From an uncultured bacterium (GTDB lineage Bacteria > Oederibacteriota > PGYV01 > CAWJRG01), in assembly GCA_963845185.1 (NCBI GenBank), contig CAWJRG010000010.1:800001-864000 (forward strand): a stretch of 64,000 nt of DNA, given 5' to 3'. Positions 59,069 through 64,000 of this stretch are shown here, one piece after another; positions within the stretch are counted from its first letter, which is position 1; each line of letters starts with the position of its first letter. The translations under genes were made by a program, and so were the position numbers. Under the pieces are notes generated by a model. The model was not told the DNA's origin, searched no databases, and saw only the letters and a list, made by a program, of their open reading frames with translations.

Positions 59069-60415
59069 ATGTTTAAAAGGATTTTAATAGCAAACAGAGG
59101 CGAAATAGCGCTGCGAGTTATCCGCGCATGCAAGGAAATGGGCATTGAAACGGTTGCCGTATTTTCGGAAGCCGACGAAAATTCCCTTCACGTGCGTTAC
59201 GCTGACCACGCAATATGCATAGGCCCGGCCCAGGCAAAGGAAAGTTACCTTAATATGCCGGCCATCATTTCCGCGGCCGAAGTTACGGATTCAGAGGCAA
59301 TACACCCGGGTTACGGTTTTTTGGCTGAAAACGCCCATTTTGCTGAAATATGCGCGGAGTGCAATATAAAATTTATCGGGCCATATCCCGACGCCATTAA
59401 GGCAATGGGAGACAAGGCGCGCGCAATACAGACAGCCATCGCAAACAAAGTCCCTACTGTGCCGGGCAGCGGAAGAGTTTTAAAAGACGAGAACGACGCC
59501 GTGGAAATAGCAAAAAAGATAGGGTTCCCTGTCATGATAAAAGCATCTGCAGGAGGCGGCGGCAGGGGCATGAGGATTGCCCATACCGAGCTTTCGCTGC
59601 GCAACCTGTTTAACGTCGCCAGGCAGGAGGCGCAGACTGCTTTTAACGACCCGGCGGTTTACCTCGAAAAATATGTCGAGGAACCAAGGCATATTGAGAT
59701 ACAGATAATGGCCGATGAATACGGCAATTGCATCGCCCTGGGCGAAAGGGACTGCACTATCCAGCGGAGGCACCAGAAGCTCCTTGAAGAAACACCCTCG
59801 CCCATGCTCAACGAAAAATTAAGGCATGAGATGGGACTGCTTGCGGTGAAAATAGCAAAGGCAGTGAAATACGTAGGAGCCGGCACCATAGAATTTATCA
59901 TGGACAAAAACAGGGAATATTATTTCATGGAAATGAACACAAGGATTCAGGTCGAGCACCCGGTTACCGAGGAAGTCACAGGTTTTGACCTTATTAAAGA
60001 GCAGATAAAGGTCGCGTCCGGCAGGAGGCTTTCGTTTCCGCCAAAGGAACTCAAGCTGAGGGGACACGCCATAGAATGCAGGATAAACGCAGAAGACCCT
60101 GATAATAATTTCATACCATCGCCGGGCACAATTACGGAATATAACGTACCTGGCGGTGCAGGCATAAGGATAGACACGCATGTTTACAGGGGATATAAGA
60201 TACCGCCGTATTATGATTCAATGATGGCAAAAATAATAGCAAAAGGAAAAGACAGGGAAGAAGCAATAGAAAGAATGCAAAGGGCGCTTGATGAATTTGT
60301 AATAGAGGGAGTGAAAACAACCATACCGCTGCACAAAAGAATACTGGACAACGAGAATTTCCTCAGGAACAATTATTCCACATTATTTATAGAAAAACTG
60401 GAAAAGGAAAAATGA
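59069..60415 (+). CDS. accC: Biotin carboxylase
   Basis: ANRGEIA, HPGYGFLAEN, GGGGRGM, EMNTRIQVEH, YYDSM. Confidence 0.98.
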   Translation: MFKRILIANRGEIALRVIRACKEMGIETVAVFSEADENSLHVRYADHAICIGPAQAKESYLNMPAIISAAEVTDSEAIHPGYGFLAENAHFAEICAECNIKFIGPYPDAIKAMGDKARAIQTAIANKVPTVPGSGRVLKDENDAVEIAKKIGFPVMIKASAGGGGRGMRIAHTELSLRNLFNVARQEAQTAFNDPAVYLEKYVEEPRHIEIQIMADEYGNCIALGERDCTIQRRHQKLLEETPSPMLNEKLRHEMGLLAVKIAKAVKYVGAGTIEFIMDKNREYYFMEMNTRIQVEHPVTEEVTGFDLIKEQIKVASGRRLSFPPKELKLRGHAIECRINAEDPDNNFIPSPGTITEYNVPGGAGIRIDTHVYRGYKIPPYYDSMMAKIIAKGKDREEAIERMQRALDEFVIEGVKTTIPLHKRILDNENFLRNNYSTLFIEKLEKEK

Positions 60416-60428
60416 TTTGAGGTGATTT

Positions 60429-60791
60429 ATGACGGCAAACATAAATGAAGCGGGCGACATAAAAATTTCAGACGACGCGGTAGCGATGATAGCGGCAATT
60501 GCCGCAAAAAAAGTGGAAGGCGTTATAGGCCTGGATTCAGGCCCGGTGGGCGGCATAGCCGAGGCGCTGGGAATGCAGAACATGACAAAGGGCATAAAAG
60601 TAAGCATGGGAAAAGACAGCGTATCGCTTGATGTTAACCTAGTTGTTTTATTCGGCAAGGAAATATCGGACGTGGGCGCCGAGGTCCAGGAAAAAGTAAA
60701 AGAGGCTATTGAAAATATGACGGGCCTAATAGTCGATAAAATCAACGTTAACATAAACAGCGTCAGATTTGCCAAAGAAAAAAGCCTGTAA
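60429..60791 (+). CDS. Asp23/Gls24 family protein (YqhY-like)
   Basis: IKISDDAVAMIA, VQEKVKEAIENMTGL, INVNI. Confidence 0.9.
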   Translation: MTANINEAGDIKISDDAVAMIAAIAAKKVEGVIGLDSGPVGGIAEALGMQNMTKGIKVSMGKDSVSLDVNLVVLFGKEISDVGAEVQEKVKEAIENMTGLIVDKINVNINSVRFAKEKSL

Positions 60792-60810
60792 TAACTAAAG
60801 GAGGACTTAC

Positions 60811-61368
60811 ATGAGAATATTCAACAGGATAATAATCATTATAAACACCGCGTTGTTCTTTATTGTCGGCGCGTTCGGCGTTTCCATAAGCGTAAACCAG
60901 ACAGCCAGTAAATGGTCGCTTGGCTTAATAGAAACGTTTGCCCAGTATTTAAACTCCTCGATAGCGGCCAGGATAATTATTCTTCTTTTCAGCCTGTTCC
61001 TGCTTTTTGTGGCGTTATTCACGACAATCGGCAATATAGAAACCAGAAGGCAGGAAAGGACAGTTGTGCTCGAGTCGCCGCTAGGGGATATTATGGTGTC
61101 TTTGTCGGCAATAGAGGATTTCTCAAAAGTCATTAAAAACCAGATTGACGGCGTAAAGGACATAAAAGGAAAGGTTTTTGCAAAAAGAAAAAGGATGGAT
61201 GTGAGGGCAAAAGTTGTTTTATATTCGGACAGGCCGGTTGCCGAAGTGACACAGGAAGTGCAGGAAGCGATAATAAATTACATCAAGAATACGCTTGGAA
61301 TTGAAGCGGAAATCAAACCCACGATATTAGTCAGTAAGGTTGCGTATAAATCCAAGGAAGAAAAATAA
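60811..61368 (+). CDS. amaP: Alkaline shock response membrane anchor AmaP-like
   Basis: Two TM helices, G.I.VS..AIE; position after asp23. Confidence 0.7.
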   Translation: MRIFNRIIIIINTALFFIVGAFGVSISVNQTASKWSLGLIETFAQYLNSSIAARIIILLFSLFLLFVALFTTIGNIETRRQERTVVLESPLGDIMVSLSAIEDFSKVIKNQIDGVKDIKGKVFAKRKRMDVRAKVVLYSDRPVAEVTQEVQEAIINYIKNTLGIEAEIKPTILVSKVAYKSKEEK

Positions 61369-61370
61369 TA

Positions 61371-61601
61371 ATGAAGGAAATCCTGAGGATTGTTATCCAG
61401 AATATAGGAAAGATAATTGGCGCGGTAGTTGCCTTTTTTATTGCGCTGATGATAGCGATATTCGGGTTTTTAAAAACTATATTCATAGTCCTCTGCGTGC
61501 TTTTAGGGTATTACCTCGGCACGCTTTTTGACGACGGATTATCCTTCAAGAAAACAATAAAAGACATCATGAACCTTTTCAGGCTGGATCAATGGCATTA
61601 A
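61371..61601 (+). CDS. DUF2273 small membrane protein
   Basis: GKIIG...FGFLKTIFI...GYYLG. Confidence 0.8.
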   Translation: MKEILRIVIQNIGKIIGAVVAFFIALMIAIFGFLKTIFIVLCVLLGYYLGTLFDDGLSFKKTIKDIMNLFRLDQWH

Positions 61602-62029
61602 AAAAAAACAAGAAAACAATATATACGGTAATTGACGCAAATATAAACAGGGCAAAAGAGGGGCTGCGCGTAATTGAGGACATTACAAGGTTTATATTTG
61701 CGAAAAAAAACCTTTCAAAAGACCTGAAAAACCTTAGGCACGCTGTTGACCTGGCCGTAAAAAAAATATCCCTTGATTATAAAGACATGATTTTAAGCAG
61801 GGACAGCGAAGGCGATGTCGGCAGGAGGACATTTGTCAAAAGCGAATTTATGCGGCAGGACCCGCAGGAAATATTAATATCAAATTTTAAGCGCGTAGAG
61901 GAATCCATGCGGGTTCTGGAAGAAATAGTAAAACTCATAGACAAAAAAGCCGCGGCAAGGTTCAAGGATTTGAGGTACAGGGCTTATGTGCTTGAAAAAA
62001 AAGCCGTGCTGGGCTGCAGGCTTAAATAG
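61592..62029 (+). CDS. Stand-alone ThiD2-like domain (N-terminal domain of long ThiE)
   Basis: IDANINRAKEGLRVIED, RDSEGDVG, NFKRVEESMRVLEE, RYRAYVLEK. Confidence 0.82.
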   Translation: MALKKNKKTIYTVIDANINRAKEGLRVIEDITRFIFAKKNLSKDLKNLRHAVDLAVKKISLDYKDMILSRDSEGDVGRRTFVKSEFMRQDPQEILISNFKRVEESMRVLEEIVKLIDKKAAARFKDLRYRAYVLEKKAVLGCRLK

Positions 62030-62048
62030 GGATAAGGCCGGTGCGGCA

Positions 62049-62678
62049 ATGAAAAAAATTGATTATTCCCTTTATGCCATTATTGACCTGGATTATTTGA
62101 AAGCCGCCGGTAAAAATTATAAAAAATCAGTTGTTTCGGTTTTTCGGGGCGGGGCCACGGTAGTCCAGATAAGATCCAAAAACACGGAAGACAATGAATT
62201 CTATGGAGCGGCTTTATACGCGAAAAAAATGTCGCGGAAATACAAAATACCTCTTATAATCAACGACAGGGTTGATATAGCTTATTGCGTGGATGCGGAT
62301 GGAGTGCATATAGGCTTCAATGACATGCCGCTTTCTGAAACAAGAAAAATAATGAAAAAAGGAAAAATAATAGGGCTGTCGGCAAAAAATGAAAAAGAGG
62401 CGATTGTTGCAGACAAAAAAATGATTGATTATATCGGGCTCGGGCCAGTGTTCAGGACGGCAATAAAAAACACGAAACCATTGGGACTGAAAAAATTAAA
62501 AAGGATTTTAAAGAATCTGAAGAAAGACATAGTGGCAATAGGCGGAATAAAAGAAAGCAATATAGAAAGTTTAAAAAAAGTAGGCGTAAAAAACTTCGCT
62601 ATTATTTCAGATATTTTATCAGCAAAAAATATTTATAATAAAACAAAAAGGATCAAGGATATAATTAGGAGAAGCTAA
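62049..62678 (+). CDS. thiE: Thiamine-phosphate synthase
   Basis: VQIRSK, IINDRVD, GVHIG, GPVFRT, AIGGI. Confidence 0.93.
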   Translation: MKKIDYSLYAIIDLDYLKAAGKNYKKSVVSVFRGGATVVQIRSKNTEDNEFYGAALYAKKMSRKYKIPLIINDRVDIAYCVDADGVHIGFNDMPLSETRKIMKKGKIIGLSAKNEKEAIVADKKMIDYIGLGPVFRTAIKNTKPLGLKKLKRILKNLKKDIVAIGGIKESNIESLKKVGVKNFAIISDILSAKNIYNKTKRIKDIIRRS

Positions 62679-62701
62679 TAATATAAAAATACAAAATAAG
62701 A

Positions 62702-62729
62702 TAGAGACGACCCGGCGGGTCGTTTCTAC
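62702..62729. repeat. GTAG-type REP palindrome
   Basis: TAGAGACGACCCGGCGGGTCGTTTCTAC. Confidence 0.8.
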
Positions 62730-62756
62730 AGATAATTGCAATAACGGAGTTTAAAT

Positions 62757-64000
62757 ATGACGCAGTTGGAAGCGGCAAAAAAGGGAATTATAACAGGTGA
62801 AATGAAAAAAGTCGCAGCTGATGAAAGAATAAGCATTAAGGAACTGGCTGCTTTAATAGCCAGGGGTGAAGTCATAATACCTGTAAATATAAAACATAAA
62901 AAAGTAAAGCCTATAGGCATAGGCAAAAACATGAAAATTAAAATTAATGCCAATATAGGGAGTTCGCAGGATGTTTGTGATACCAAGCTTGAGCTGAAAA
63001 AACTTAAAACAGCTGTTGACAGCGGCGCGGACACGGTGATGGACCTGTCAACCGGAGGGAATTTAAAAAAAATACGAAAGGCGATTTTAAACGCGTCATC
63101 CGTGCCTATCGGCACCGTGCCTATTTATGAAATAATTACAAATGCTGCAAAAGCGAAAAAGGCGTTTGAAAAAATAACGGCCGATGATATTTTTAAAACA
63201 ATACAGGAACAGGCTGAGCAGGGCGTTGATTTTATCACGGTGCATTGTGGTGTTACGCGCGAAACAGTAAAAGCCCTGATTGCCGGTAAAAGGATACTAG
63301 GTATGGTGAGCAGGGGGGGCACTTTCCTTGCCAGCTGGATAATGAAAAACAAGACAGAAAACCCGCTTTATGAATACTTTGACCGGCTTCTTGATATTGC
63401 CTATAAATACGACATGACTTTGTCTTTGGGCGACGGCATGAGGCCGGGATGCCTTGCAGACGCCACAGACAAACCGCAAATTAAGGAACTTAAGACACTC
63501 GGAGAAATGGCGAAGCGTGCGTACAAAAGGAATGTGCAGGTAATGATAGAAGGCCCGGGGCATGTCCCGATAAATCAGATAATAAAAAACATGAAACTGC
63601 AGAAAAAATACTGCAATAACGCCCCGTTTTATGTCCTGGGGCCTTTGGTGACAGACATAGCGCCTGGTTATGACCATATAACCTCGGCAATAGGAGGCGC
63701 AATAGCCGCGGCCAACGGCGCTGATTTTTTATGCTACGTCACCCCGGCAGAACATTTGAAGCTGCCTGACATAGAGGATGTGAGGGAAGGGGTCATAGCG
63801 TCAAAGATTGCTGCGCATGCGGCTGATATAGCCAGGGGCATACCCGGCGCCCGCGACCGTGACGATGAAATGGCAAGGGCAAGGAGGAACTTAAACTGGG
63901 AAAAGCAGGCGATGCTTTCAATAAACCCGCTTAAAGCAAAAAAAATGAGGGAATCGTCAAGGCCGAAAATGGAGGATGTCTGCACAATGTGCGGGGAGTT
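62757..64000 (+). CDS. thiC: Phosphomethylpyrimidine synthase (3'-truncated; missing from the ORF track)
   Basis: Manual translation: MTQLEAAKKG, KINANIG, MDLSTGG, SRGG, GDGMRPG, EGPGH, GYDHI, CYVTPAEH, CTMCG. Confidence 0.96.
   Translation, partial: MTQLEAAKKGIITGEMKKVAADERISIKELAALIARGEVIIPVNIKHKKVKPIGIGKNMKIKINANIGSSQDVCDTKLELKKLKTAVDSGADTVMDLSTGGNLKKIRKAILNASSVPIGTVPIYEIITNAAKAKKAFEKITADDIFKTIQEQAEQGVDFITVHCGVTRETVKALIAGKRILGMVSRGGTFLASWIMKNKTENPLYEYFDRLLDIAYKYDMTLSLGDGMRPGCLADATDKPQIKELKTLGEMAKRAYKRNVQVMIEGPGHVPINQIIKNMKLQKKYCNNAPFYVLGPLVTDIAPGYDHITSAIGGAIAAANGADFLCYVTPAEHLKLPDIEDVREGVIASKIAAHAADIARGIPGARDRDDEMARARRNLNWEKQAMLSINPLKAKKMRESSRPKMEDVCTMCGE

Noticed and set aside
62679..62756. 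TPP riboswitch before thiC
   Set aside because: No CTGAGA or ACCTGAT core; the hairpin present is a REP-like palindrome

Overview
AT-rich bacterial chromosome segment from a probable diderm (TolB-like, OmpA-like, AsmA and beta-barrel proteins) with Firmicutes-like gene orders; the taxon cannot be fixed from the sequence alone. Core loci: large SRP RNA-dnaX-ybaB-recR; a DnaA-box cluster at ~8.8 kb; a minus-strand pgsA-ino1-acyltransferase-pimA-acyltransferase-PHP operon resembling actinobacterial phosphatidylinositol-mannoside synthesis; a probable 6S RNA; dinB, rsmE, pmbA, aroE, recA, tRNA(CAT), purC, efp-accB-accC-asp23-amaP, thiE and thiC (runs off the end). An accessory zone (~27.4-38.9 kb) holds two AbiEi/AbiEii type IV TA modules, both with damaged toxin ORFs, a diverged duplication of a radical SAM 3' end plus promoter, a group II intron inserted at a start codon that carries its own RBS and ATG, and a GH43-malectin enzyme. 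Most notable unexplained signals: a three-copy, covarying two-hairpin leader motif at 53.6-54.4 kb; the PIM-like lipid operon; a palindromic element translated in frame inside a ThuA-like gene; and an EF-P with an atypical loop. Three +1 frameshifts at short base runs look like assembly errors.
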